From positions 2,108,001-2,172,000 of the forward strand of contig BQFW01000001.1 in the NCBI GenBank assembly GCA_020891255.1: 64,000 nt of DNA, written 5' to 3'. Below the pieces are notes generated by a model. That model was not told the DNA's origin. It did no database searches and worked only from the letters and a program-made list of their open reading frames with translations. The stretch comes from Entomortierella parvispora E1425. Taxonomy: Eukaryota; Fungi; Mortierellomycota. This document shows positions 45,588-57,162 of the stretch, one piece after another. Both the position numbers and the translations under genes were made by a program. How positions within the stretch are numbered: the first letter of the stretch is position 1; each line of letters starts with the position of its first letter.

Positions 45588-48500
45588 ATGAGTTCAAGGC
45601 TGATCTTACGAAACTGCTCGCCTTCTGCGTCACCTCGAGGTACGATCCAGCGTCGTTTTTCGTTATGTATTCTCCGTATCAATTGGACCACTCACTAACA
45701 TTATTGGCTCTATTTTACATGGACAATAGCTCGTAGAGCTACTCAGCCAAGCAAGCAGTATCCTCGGCAATGTGCCTTTCATCATGGATCAGGAAGTTCA
45801 AGGTCAGGGGACCTTTGGCGTCGTTTCTTCTCTGGATCAGGCTTCAAGAACTCCACCACAATACACCCAGTCTTTGTCAGTAAAACGAGTATAGCGCTGG
45901 TGGCATCTCAGACCTACAAGAGCAACAGATTATTGACAACTTCGACGCTAGCTGGCCTAGATCGACCCGTTTACTCCATACAACACCCTCCCACCTCATC
46001 CTACGCCAGTTACTCAATATCCAGGACACCGGCACTATCTTCTGCAGTACGACCGCCCCAAAAACCCCGTACCTCAATAAGGCAATCGTCTACATCGACG
46101 CAGTCGCCGCTTGATCCAAATGCTCAGTCGTCACAGTGGCAGTTCCCTAACCCCTCTGGCAATCGTACAAATTGGGTACCAGCCAGCGAACGCAATTTTC
46201 AAGGACCACTGCCACTTCCTATTGCGCTCAAGACCTTCAAACCAGCACCATTTATACCAAAAGCCCCCCACACTACTTCAGAGCCACCACGAGCGATTCC
46301 TCAGCTCACTTTTCCTCCACCACCCGTTGTTTTGGGATCAAGACCGCTGTATTATCTTGCGAAGCGTTTTCCAATTTTGGCAGAACAGGAGTTGCAAAGG
46401 ATGTCAAAAAGAACCGCACTGGACTACTCGAGTTTCATCATTGGTGCAATGTCAACGTCCTACCCGTCGGCGACCACTATCAGGGCGGTATTACGACAGT
46501 TCAGGATGTTCCTGAGAGAGTCTACGCAAAAGTCGGCCGGAAGCAACAAGTCAGAGTTAAGATTCCAACAGGATCCATCAATGGAGCTTCCACGTACTCG
46601 GATATGGACACAAGCTATCCGTGGAATGATCTGGCTCAAGCAATACCGTCGTGCCCGAGTCGCTATCCACACGATGCAAAGGCTTGGCCTCAAACCTACC
46701 GGATATGCATGGCGCGGGATCTGTCGAGGATGGATTGAGCAAGGGGAGCTGGATCAGGCGGAAGCACTGGCTCTCAAAGTCTTCACTAGGCCTGAGATCT
46801 CTCACGACTATCAATTAGACGAGCGACCATACTATTTTACAGATATGCAAGCTGAACGAAGAGGCGACTCCGCAGGACGCCCTTTGAATCGCTCGCCTAT
46901 GTCACCGAATTCTGCGCCATTGTTTCTTGTGGTTGAAGCGCTTGCTGAGTGTGGAGAAATGGAGCGCGCTAGGCACCTGTTCGACATGATACCAGAGCAA
47001 GAGATGACTGACTTGCTGACTAGTGATATGGTGGCAGGCTATCTCAGAGCTGGTCAACAAAACAAGGCCCAGGAGGTGATTCGTGTCATGGCCCGATGTG
47101 GAGTGAAGCCCACGGCGATCGTGTTTAACCCTATTGTTGAACACGCCACCAAGCATGTCGGGATGGCGGCAGCGGAGGATCTCGTGGAGGACATGGTCAA
47201 ACTTGGTCTTTTCCTGAACCTGTATACCTACAAAATTCTGGTGCACGGATACTTGCTGGCTGGCCGTGGTGACAAGGCTATCGGGTGTATCGATCGACTT
47301 CACGCTTCAGGCATTGAGCCAGATCGTGCACTGGGACGCATCCTGCTTCGTGGTCTATGGCACCAAGGGGAGTCTCGAAGAGGCGATTACGGACCATCCA
47401 AGATTTGTGAGATTAACCGAATGGAGTCTCAAGACGATGTACGGTTACTGGACGAGGATGTTGCAGTAGGCCCGGGCTGGAGTCAACGCTGCTTAGAATG
47501 GGTCCATGCAGGGCAGCTTGAGTTGGCAGAAGAAGCTCTTCACTTGGCCTTGAACAGACCGGACTCGAAGCTGGACTCTGAAATCGTGTCCGTTATCAAG
47601 GCCTTCACGGAAAGAAACGAAATGCGCCGAGCAAGACACTGGTTCGACGAGTTTGCTACAAGAATTTCAGATGGTCCCATCAGTCAGTCAGGGGTAGAAG
47701 TGGAGCTTATGAACCACATGGTAGAAGGGTATATTCAAGCGCATCAACCGAAGGCAGCCGAACATATCATTGGCGTGATGTCGCAGCGAGGCATTCAACC
47801 TACTGTGCAGACGATCAATATGATTTTGCGCTGGTCGACCCTGCAAGCTAATATGGAAGCTGCAGAAGCCCTTGTGCAGAGGATGGGCGACACTGGTATT
47901 GAGCCCGATACCCAGACATTTGAGATTCTCTGTGAAGGATATGCCGCTCGGGGGTCGACAGAGTCATTCCGGGCCTGCCTGGCTAGAATGAAAGAGGCTA
48001 AGGTCAGCGAACCTGTCCAAGGTTCTTTCCTAGCAGAGCTTTGCCAAGACCTGCTTGGCCTACCTCCTGTCCGCAAAGACAGCGAACAATTCCTGAAGCC
48101 CTCGGCATCATTGGCATCTACCGACCCTGTGCATTCCAATGCTTTGGCCACGTTGTGTACCCGATGGGTTGAACAAGGTCAGCTCTCGAAGGCGGAGGAT
48201 TTTGTCAATCAGCTACGAGAGAACACATTTGTGCCCAAGAGCAAAATTCCGTACAAGGCTCTTATTCAAGGCTGGATCCAGCAAAGTCAGCGGAATGATT
48301 TATCGCCCTCTCTTCTGAAAAACGCATCCTCCTCTGCCGACTCAAGCCCCGATACCACCAATGCTTCATCTGTCCCCCCCGCATCGGTCTCCGTCAAGAA
48401 CAGCAAGAGTCTTGATCGGGAGCAACAGCTTTTGAAGGGCAGCATTGACAACATGCGACGTGCCCGATCCTGGTTTAATCTCGTGCCCGAATCGGAGCGA

Positions 48501-49361
48501 ACACTGGATATGTTCAATGACATGGTCGGGGGATATATGGCCTTGGGACTTGAACATGAGTCTGATGGTATCGTCCAGTGGATGGCCGCCAGCAAAATCA
48601 AGCCGGATGTCCATACCTACAACCACATTCTGGAGCACATGACCAAGAAGCTCGACATGCCTGCAGCCGAGAGCTTGGTCCAGAAGATGCAACGAGGAGG
48701 GATCGAGCCAAATACAACCACCTGGAACTCTCTTATCAGGGGCTACGTTATTCGCGGACAGCTCAGTCAAGCCCTTGTCTGCCTTGGAAGGATGACTGGA
48801 AAGGACCTTTCGATCCATCTCCCAGTGTCAAAGGCAAAGTCTAGCCGGAAGAAGGAGGTTATTGCGACCTATGACAAGGAGATCCTGGAGGCGGTGGTGG
48901 AGGAAGACACGACTCAGGCTCAAGATGATCAAAACTACCAGCCTCGGGCATCGCGAGGATCCTCCAGAAGTGACTCCGAATCCAAGCCTGTGATGAGCCA
49001 ACTCGAGCCCGATCATATTACTGAGCAGCTGATTTTGGCTGGGTTTGGTGCAGAGGTCGAGCCTGTTCAGGGACAAGGTGATTACAGCCGAGCCCTTGAG
49101 CTGTACCGGGATCGTGTCGAGCGGCAAGATCACCAAGAGCGCCAATTGCTCCAGAGACTTGACTCCTTGATGGGCAAACGAGATGGCGAGGATCTCGGCG
49201 AAGAAGATTGGATCCTGAATCACTTGGATGTGGTGCAAGAGCTAGGAGAGTCAGTGACTGAACTGGGCATGACCGACTTGGACTGGAAGAACGCGCTGAA
49301 GTGGGAAGAGATGATGGAGGTTGAAAAGGCACGAGAGAGAGAGCTCTCGGGGCGAAGCTGA
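45588..49361 (+). CDS. Pentatricopeptide-repeat protein, probably mitochondrial, 1227 aa. Exons 45588-45639, 45730-49361
   Basis: Multiple 35-aa PPR motifs, e.g. VFNPIVEHATKHVGMAAAEDLVEDMVKLGLFLNLY, TYNHILEHMTKKLDMPAAESLVQKMQRGGIEPNTT, TWNSLIRGYVIRGQLSQALVCLGRM. The ORF-track GTG start is replaced by an upstream ATG exon (MSSRLILRNC...) joined by a phase-1 intron with a CTAAC branch. The N-terminus is Arg/Ser-rich and poor in acidic residues. Confidence 0.9.
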
Positions 49362-50469
49362 AGAAGAAAAAAAAATAGAAAGAACGAACTCTGATCGTTC
49401 CCCAGAAACAACTTTTGCTTGCCATTCTTAATCCCTAGACCGTTGTCGCGCCTTCAAAAAAAAAGACCAAGAGAACCGGGTCGACAATAAAAAATTGTAC
49501 AATATGTTTCTACCGACTCTTGTCAATGTCTGGCGTGGGAGATACATTTGAAAGACAGCCAGTTGGGGCAGAGAGAAGGCAGGGAAACCGGCCCGTCTCA
49601 CCCACGCGTGTTTTCCAGCCGTCAGGAACCTGCGTCCAGGGCGCGCGAGTCGGTATTTTTATTCTTTTTTTCTTTGTGTCGTGAAATGCATCGTTACACG
49701 ACGGACGGTGGTTGCAAGGTGTTCAGCCCAAAGGTATTGTCTGTGTGGTAGGTAGGGTGGGGAGGCAAAGCAACCGTTCGGTCGACTGTGGTTCCCTTGG
49801 CTCGTGTCAAGTCAAGGCAGGGGACAGCAACAGAGCAAAAAAAAAAACAAGGTAAAACCAAAAGGTAAAGGATGCAGGGTGGGTGGGGAAACACCAAAGG
49901 GGCAGAACAGAAGAGGACCTTGCGCCAGGTACAGTCCAAAGGTGGTGTGTGTGTGAGAGAGTGAGTGGGTTGAGCAAAAGAGGACGGACTGTCTCTTTGA
50001 CTCGTTTTGTGGCTCTGGGGAGACCAATATTCCCGAGTGTGCTCAACATGTATATACCTCTTCAGTCAGCGGAGCATTTGCTTTATTCATTGATGGGTTT
50101 TTTTACATGGGTTCCGGCGGCTGTGGCGGGAAAGAGATGAAAGAGAAGAGGAGAGAAAAGGCAAAGAAAGGGACGAGCAAGAGTATTAACGGTTGAAGGG
50201 AGCACAGAGTCTGGCTGAGCAAGTGAAGGCAGAGCAAGGCAGGGCAAGGCACAGGGACAGGCAGAGAAGGGAGGCTTTGTGCACGTTTCCGCCGTTGTTG
50301 ACATGGGTGGGCTGCAGCAGGAGCAGGAACGAGAACGAAGAAAGGGAAGGAGGCCAAGGAGCAGAGAGAGGCAGACCAGCCCGCGCTCACTTGTCTGCAC
50401 CGCCAAAGGGCCCAAGGGACAAGTAAGTACTGTGCATACATAGGGCCAAAGAGGCACGCACCCGTCCAT

Positions 50470-50734
50470 TTGGTCTCTTTTTGTCTTTTTCCCTCTTTGC
50501 TCATCTCTTTCCCTTCATCTTCCCTCTTTTCTCTTTTTTCTTTTCTCTTTTTTCTTTTCTCTTTACCCCCCATCTCCTTGTGTCCTTCCTTTCTTCCTTT
50601 CTTCCTCCTCCGTCCCTCTTCCCCCTCTTCCCTTCCTCCCCCTTCTCCTCCTCCCCTCCGCCTTCACCCATCCCTATTTATTCTTTTTCTTCTTCTTCTT
50701 CTTCTCCCTTCCCTCATCCTTCCCCTCGCCCTCC
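50470..50734 (+). repeat. Polypyrimidine (CT-rich) low-complexity tract directly upstream of the Q/N-rich gene
   Basis: About 260 nt almost entirely C/T, ending at ATG 50735. Confidence 0.85.
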
Positions 50735-52776
50735 ATGAACATCTTCAAGAAGAAGAAGCACGAAGAGCCAATCCAGCCTCCTACCTCGCCAAACCGCGCT
50801 TCCAACAGAGGCTCCTCCGTCAACGGCAGCGTCACCATCCCCCCAAGGACAAACTCGGGACCTATCGCGGCTGTCGGTCAACAGCAACAGCAACAACAGC
50901 AACAGCAGCAGCAACAGCAGCAAGTCAGTCAGGGACAAGGCCAGGGTCAGGGCAATCTCAACATGAACATGAGCAACGGAAGCAATATCAGCAACATCAG
51001 CAACATGAACCTCAGTAGCATCTCTGGCAACAGCCCGAGGAACAATCAGATGGAACAGCTCCTTCATCAACAGCAACAGCAGCAGCAGCAGCAATATTAC
51101 CAGCAGCAATACCAAGGACAACAACACTCATACCAGCAACAGCAACACCTACAGCCTCACCCACGGGATACCGATTCCGGGTCGCTGAACAATGGAATGT
51201 TGGGTCATCAGGGCCTGCAGCCAGGGTCCTACGGGAACGAGTCGCATCTCACATCCCAGCCTATCCAGTTTCCGTACCAACACCATGATGGTCACAGTGG
51301 CCATAACCAGGGCAATGGAGGCATGGATGACGGCTATAACAATGGGGGCGGCATGGGTTACTCGATGGATGATGACCAACAGATGCAACAGCAACAATAC
51401 ATGCAGCAACAGCAATATATGCAACAGCAGCAGATGCACAACGACGACATGTCGGGTGGCAACAATGGTCAGGATGGATACCCAAATGAGATGAATAACA
51501 ACTACCATCCCGGAAGCTACGAAGGCATGAACATTTTGACGAGTGCAATCCAGAGCATGTCTGGCTTGGGTAACGGAAACAATAGCCACCAGAACGGACT
51601 CGACAACAACAACGGCAATAACAACAACAACAGCAGCAGCAGCAACAACAGCAACAACAACAACAACGGCATGAACGCAAACAACATAAACGGCAACGCC
51701 AACGGCAATGGTTTCCCCAACTCTGGCTCTTTGAGTAACAACGGCTCTGGTGAGCTGGTCCTCCCCGCAGATGTTCGCAAGCTTCAGGACGAGGTCTCCA
51801 GCTGGAAGAAGTCGCAAGAGTCCTCACAAGCAAAGGTCAACCAATTGCGTATGACTCTGACACAAAAGTCGCAAGAGAACAGGGATCTGCACCAGTCCTT
51901 GGCCCAAGTGACGCAAGACCGACTAATGCTTCAGGAACTTGTTCATAAGCGTGAAAAGGAGATGGATGACCTCAGATCCAAGTACTTGAATGACGTCCGC
52001 CAAATCCGTGCTACAGACGATGATCACTCGACAATTGAGCAGCGTGTCCGTGTGCTCCAGGCGGCTATCCTTCAACTCACAAAATCATCTTCGGGCGACC
52101 GGGCCGTGAATTTGAATCTGGAGGGCGCCCAGTTATTGGTCAAGAAGAAGTACAAGTTTGGCAACACTCAACCGTACATCCTCAACATGTTTTTGGAAAA
52201 GTATATCATGGACTCGCTCTTGGAAGAGGTCTTCCATGCAAAGTTCTACGTTGGGTTCCAACTTGCACTGGAGTACGATGGCATTTACCAATGGATGCTT
52301 GATAACAACTTTCAGGAACAGGCTGTTCGCTTCCGTCAGCAGCTGTGCTACCTTTCTGCAAAGTCGCCTGCAGCACAGGCGTATGCACTCAAGGCCGCCA
52401 ATAGGATTGCAGCGTCGTTTGAGGAGAAACTTGAGAAGCTCTACAATAACTGGAACGGCCATCAGAAGGTATGTATTAAGAACGTCGAGATGATCATATA
52501 TGTGCTCATTGATCACTAATCGATATATATATGTATATTCATTTCACTCAGGTGCTGGATTTGGTGACCAAGGCTATTGAACTGAGTCTCACGATGCGGA
52601 GCCAAAACGCAGAAATCGAGGCAAAGGTAATCCCAAGTGATACGGAATTCGATCCAGAGACGATGGTACCGGCGCACAAGAGCAAGGATGGAGGATTGGT
52701 CAAGGTGTGCGTGATGCCATGCTTCGTGGATACCAACGGCGTGGTGGTAGGAAAGGCCAAGGTCTTTTGCGGATAA
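50735..52776 (+). CDS. Uncharacterised protein: Q/N/G-rich prion-like N-terminus, coiled coil and conserved C-terminal domain, 652 aa. Exons 50735-52468, 52552-52776
   Basis: Poly-Q and poly-N tracts to ~51720, heptads DVRKLQDEV...REKEMDDLRSKY, then a globular region ending TEFDPETM...VKVCVMPCFVDTNGVVVGKAKVFCG. Phase-0 intron. Confidence 0.88.
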
Positions 52777-53176
52777 GGGATAGAGCTCGTAGATGCCATT
52801 CCATCTGCAGGGCAAAGACGAAGAGCAGACGAAACGTTACAGTGTCATCCAACACATTCATTCAGCAAACACCCTGACCGCGGAGCCCTCTCCGAGGTCG
52901 ATAATACCACTCTTTTTTTTCAACCAAAGAAACAAAAACAAAAATATCTTATTCTGAGAAAATAAAAAAGTTCCTCCCCATCGTCATCCATTGGACATCC
53001 AAGGCGCGTCGCGCGCGACGTGAACAAAGAAGCCTCTGCTCATGAACCTTCAAACGCCACCAACCAGCTCTGGTCACGTGCAATGAAATCAGCCACTGTG
53101 GCCGCTTGTCCCAAATGGACGAGAGCAATGATGCTTTCCATTCGTCGTTCCTATCTCCAAAAACAACCATCCCATC

Positions 53177-54109
53177 ATGGCAGCACAACACGGCCAGATC
53201 CTCTACCTCTCTGGATCCAAAGGTCCTCAGGGCAGCCCAAGTGGATCCCTCAGTAACAGGCAAGATGACGGCACCCATTTCGACTCCGCCCAAAATAGTT
53301 TACAATTCCACCCCGCCATTTGCTTTGCCATTCACAAAACATTTTCGTTCTGTTCTGGGTTCTCATCGTTTCTCTCAATTTTGCTCTCTATTAGATTTCA
53401 AAAGTTGTCACAGTCTCGAGGAAATGGTATCACAGTCGTCAACCAACCCGCCGCCAGCGATAGGGCTTCCTCCAGTGTCGGTCGAGGTAGTCATGGCATC
53501 ACTAGAGGAGGTGGACTCGTGAGAGGCGGTCTTCATACACCAGGAGGATTGGCACGCGCCATGCAGGAACGTGGCGGAGGTGTATCAGATGAGTTCTTGT
53601 TGTCGCCCTCGATCGGCACTACAGGCGGCCCATCTCGTAGAAAGAAGGGGGTATTAATTGGAACCCCTGCTTCTACACCAATGAGCACACGATCGCACAA
53701 CGGACATAGCAGCGGCATTAATACTAGAGCCAGTCGCCACAAGTCCATGGTCATTGGATCCAGGCCGGGAAGAGCTGCTGCTGCTGCTACTCAAGTATCA
53801 CATGAACAGTCAAAAGCTCAACAACAACAACAATCACAGCGTGGTGGAAAGGTAGCAGGTCGTGGAGGTCGTGGAGGTCGTGGAGGTCTAGCAAGCACTA
53901 GTGCAGCACAAGGAAAGCAACCAGTGGCAAATGCTGGGAAGAAGGCAAAGGCAAAGGGCAAGGGAAAGCCAGTACAAAAAGCCGATGCACAGAGTCTGGA
54001 TTCGGAACTGAGTTCTTATATGATGGCAAACTCGAGCACGGCAGCCAGTCTTTTGGATCAGGATCTGGATACATATATGGCTGACATGCCCACCGATGGT
54101 ACTTTCTAG
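53177..54109 (+). CDS. CHTOP: Chromatin target of PRMT1 (CHTOP/FoP)-like RGG protein, 265 aa if the GC-AG intron 53260-53394 is spliced
   Basis: MAAQ...SLSNR|FQKL resembles the CHTOP N-terminal SLNERF motif. RGG boxes (GRGGRGGRGG). Duplicated C-terminal UAP56-binding motifs (SLDSELSSYM, LLDQDLDTYM). Confidence 0.8.
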   Translation: MAAQHGQILYLSGSKGPQGSPSGSLSNRQDDGTHFDSAQNSLQFHPAICFAIHKTFSFCSGFSSFLSILLSIRFQKLSQSRGNGITVVNQPAASDRASSSVGRGSHGITRGGGLVRGGLHTPGGLARAMQERGGGVSDEFLLSPSIGTTGGPSRRKKGVLIGTPASTPMSTRSHNGHSSGINTRASRHKSMVIGSRPGRAAAAATQVSHEQSKAQQQQQSQRGGKVAGRGGRGGRGGLASTSAAQGKQPVANAGKKAKAKGKGKPVQKADAQSLDSELSSYMMANSSTAASLLDQDLDTYMADMPTDGTF

Positions 54110-54323
54110 GCGGATTTCTGACGCTCTTTGGTTGTGACGACCAAGATTCCGTTCACATTCCAGAGACCATTGTTCTTTTTGCGCATCCATAAATTATGAA
54201 TTCATAATCCTATTCAAGCATTCAGTGAACTACGCGTCCACTTTCGCGCTTTATGCTTCATGGAATATTCAGACAAAAGACCAGTGGTATTGTAATTTTG
54301 TACAGTTTTATTTCCTTTAATAT

Positions 54324-55097
54324 TTACATGAAGTCCTCTTCAAAGGCATCAATGTCACCATCATGGTCCATGTTTCGGTAGTTGGACGCACCCTTCATAG
54401 CCTCACTGTCAAAGATGGAGGCATAGGACCGATCCGAGGCCTTCTTTTTCAACTCTTGAATCTGGTTGTACTCCTCCTGTTGACGTTCAGCCTCCTTTTG
54501 CTTTTCTTGGCGGCGGGCAATCCTTTCATGATCGGCCTTTTCCTGAGCCAGGTCTGGGAATCGCTCCACTTTCGTCTTGTTCAACCGGTTGACAGTGTCG
54601 TTTATCCGCTCGGCCACGTAGACTCTCTTCACAAGACTGTTCTTCTTAAAGCTCACTTGACCCACGTCCATGTCTCCTGTCTTTTTGAGGTTGGACCAAG
54701 GGGTGTAGATGATGGTGATGTTGTTCTTCTTGTTGCCCTCGATTGAATTGGCCTTGACAAGCTGAGCGAGATCATCCAGAAGACCAGAGGGGATGGCGTC
54801 CCAGGTTTGATCAGGTCCGAGTCGAAGGTAGACGTGAGCCGACGAAAGTTTGTCAACGTGGAACCAGACGTCCTGCTCAAAACCGTGCTTGATCAAGTCC
54901 TCGTTCTCGAACTTGTCCTTGCCCATGTAGATCACGGCAGAGGGAGAGACGACTATAGTATTTACAACCAAGTTTGTTTTTCCAGACAATCCCGAAGGGT
55001 TAGTTGTCGACACTTGTCAAATGTTGGAACGATGGAGGGGTGACTCGACTGTGGGAAAAACCCAGTCATTACCATTGGATGTAAAGTACAGAACCAT
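54324..55097 (-). CDS. CCDC25: CCDC25/Jlp2 (NFACT-R domain) protein, 217 aa. Exons 55097-55073, 54952-54324
   Basis: [32 protein letters not shown]...[17 protein letters not shown]...[12 protein letters not shown]...[21 protein letters not shown]...NRLNKTK; acidic EEDFM end. Confidence 0.95.
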
Positions 55098-57162
55098 TTC
55101 TGTAAAGGTATTATTTTTTTTTTCTCTCTGTTGTTCGAGAAGGCGAGGTCCGTATGTCGAGTCGAGTGCACGTCGCTAGGTTCCAGTCGCCGTCCTCGCG
55201 GGATTGAATGAGTGAGTTGAGAATGGGCATTCTTGCGGAGCAAATTGATCGCCTGTCTGTTCTTCATCCTGGTGGCTTGTGCAGAGATCAAAATTCCATT
55301 GGCCACACTTTTGTACTCTATTTTTTTTTTTTTTTTTTTTGGTCCCTGAATCTCAACGGTCGGAGCGCGCCCATTTTATTTTCGAATCACCGAGGGTCGA
55401 ACAGTGATTCCCTTTTCCTACCCCTGTGGCAACTGAATGAAGGTGGAGAGTCCAGCTCACGGACCTCAGAGACAAGTCGACAATGATGCAGCTGTCACCG
55501 TAAATAGTGGGGCTATTTGGGAATATGGTCTCGGATCAGAAGGATTGATAAGATTGTTCCATTGTTGTTGTGAGAGCTGGGCGTGCTTCAGCCTTGAAGG
55601 AGGTTACAAGATCTGCCCACCGCACCTGAAAAAAAGGGTCGGTCCTTCGGAAATCAAAAAAAAATAGAATAAAGATCAGGAACAAAAAAAAAAAAAACAA
55701 AAAAAAAACCCATGCTATAAATAAAGGCAGTAATGAGGGCAAGGGAACCCTGGCCATACTGAATGTTCGTGCACCATGAAGAAATGGCAGCTTGCCCTAT
55801 CTATCCTATTTTTGTCGTAAATACTCAAAGAGCTGAACAGAATGGATAGGTCAAGGATGAGACCGCCCATCCTCCCGAATTGCTCTCAATTGCTTGGGAC
55901 AGATCATCTCATTTCCCAGGGGTGGAATGAACAGAAAGAGCAGCAAACAGAGGGCACAGGACAACAGACCGAAAAAAGAGAGCGTAGCGTGCCATGTGGG
56001 ACAGCCAACCTAAATACAATAGCCGATCTTTCTGGTGAATAATCGCAAAAGGGAGAGGAGGGACAGACGGGAAAGGAAAGAGAAAGGGACAAGAGAAGGG
56101 GGAACAACAACGATAAACAACAGACAGATGGCCGGCACCTGGAAGCGGGTTTCGAGGGGGTTGGGTTGTATGACAAGGGGGACGAGGGCGGAACAAACCT
56201 TTTGCCCAAACACATCATATCAGAGATGCCTATTCTGCGTGCACGTTTTGCAGGCACGATTCTATCAGAGGCTGGCGCACCCTTTTTTATCATGACAAAC
56301 CCCAAACTCTCGCCCATTTTGAAAAGAAATGCAGGCGGCAGTGTAGCGAGTGGGCAAGAATGAACTCTGACCTACACCTGATTGTCGGTTGTGAAGAGAA
56401 GAAAGACACAAGCACAAATCGATAGAAGGCTGAAAATAAAGACGGACCCTTTTTGGACCAACTGGCTGGATCAGGAATGAATGAATGGAGAAAAGGGAAT
56501 GGCTGACTAGATGTCAACTGCTGTCATTCCATCTCTCACCGGGAAAACAACAAGGAGACAAAGATGGTCGAGAACAGGAACTCAGATAGCCAGGAGCAAT
56601 TGACGCCGCGCCAGCCCACCCAGCCCACTCAGAGTTGCGTGTTCAAGGGCTAGGAATAACAAGAGGTCGAGCGACAGGCAAGACAACCTCTCTCTGGTTT
56701 TGCTCGTGCCCCCCTTCTTTCGCCTCTCTCTTTCTCGTCCCTCTCTTTCTTTTCTTCAAAGTCCATTCATTCGTTTCCATTCATTTCTCTTTCACCCTCT
56801 TCCTCTCCGCTCATTTCTCGCTCTACCCCTCTCCCTTTCTGCGTCTCGCTCCTATTTCCCAGCGTACGCCGTACCTGAACTCCAGATCACCCATTGCCGA
56901 TCCTCCCTCCCCCCCTTTTGCATTCTCCCATCAGTGCATGTGGCCACCTCCTTTGTAAAAAAAACTCCACACCTTGCCACAGGAAACAACATTGCTGCAC
57001 AAACATATTTGATACACAAAGCACAGATACACCAATTCAAATTATCCACCCTTTGTTTTTCAGGATCAACAGACAGACGCAAACAACTCTTCTCTCTCGC
57101 GTTCTCTCTTTTCCTTCCATTCACTCTCAACTCTCTCCCGCACAATCACACACATCGTACCT

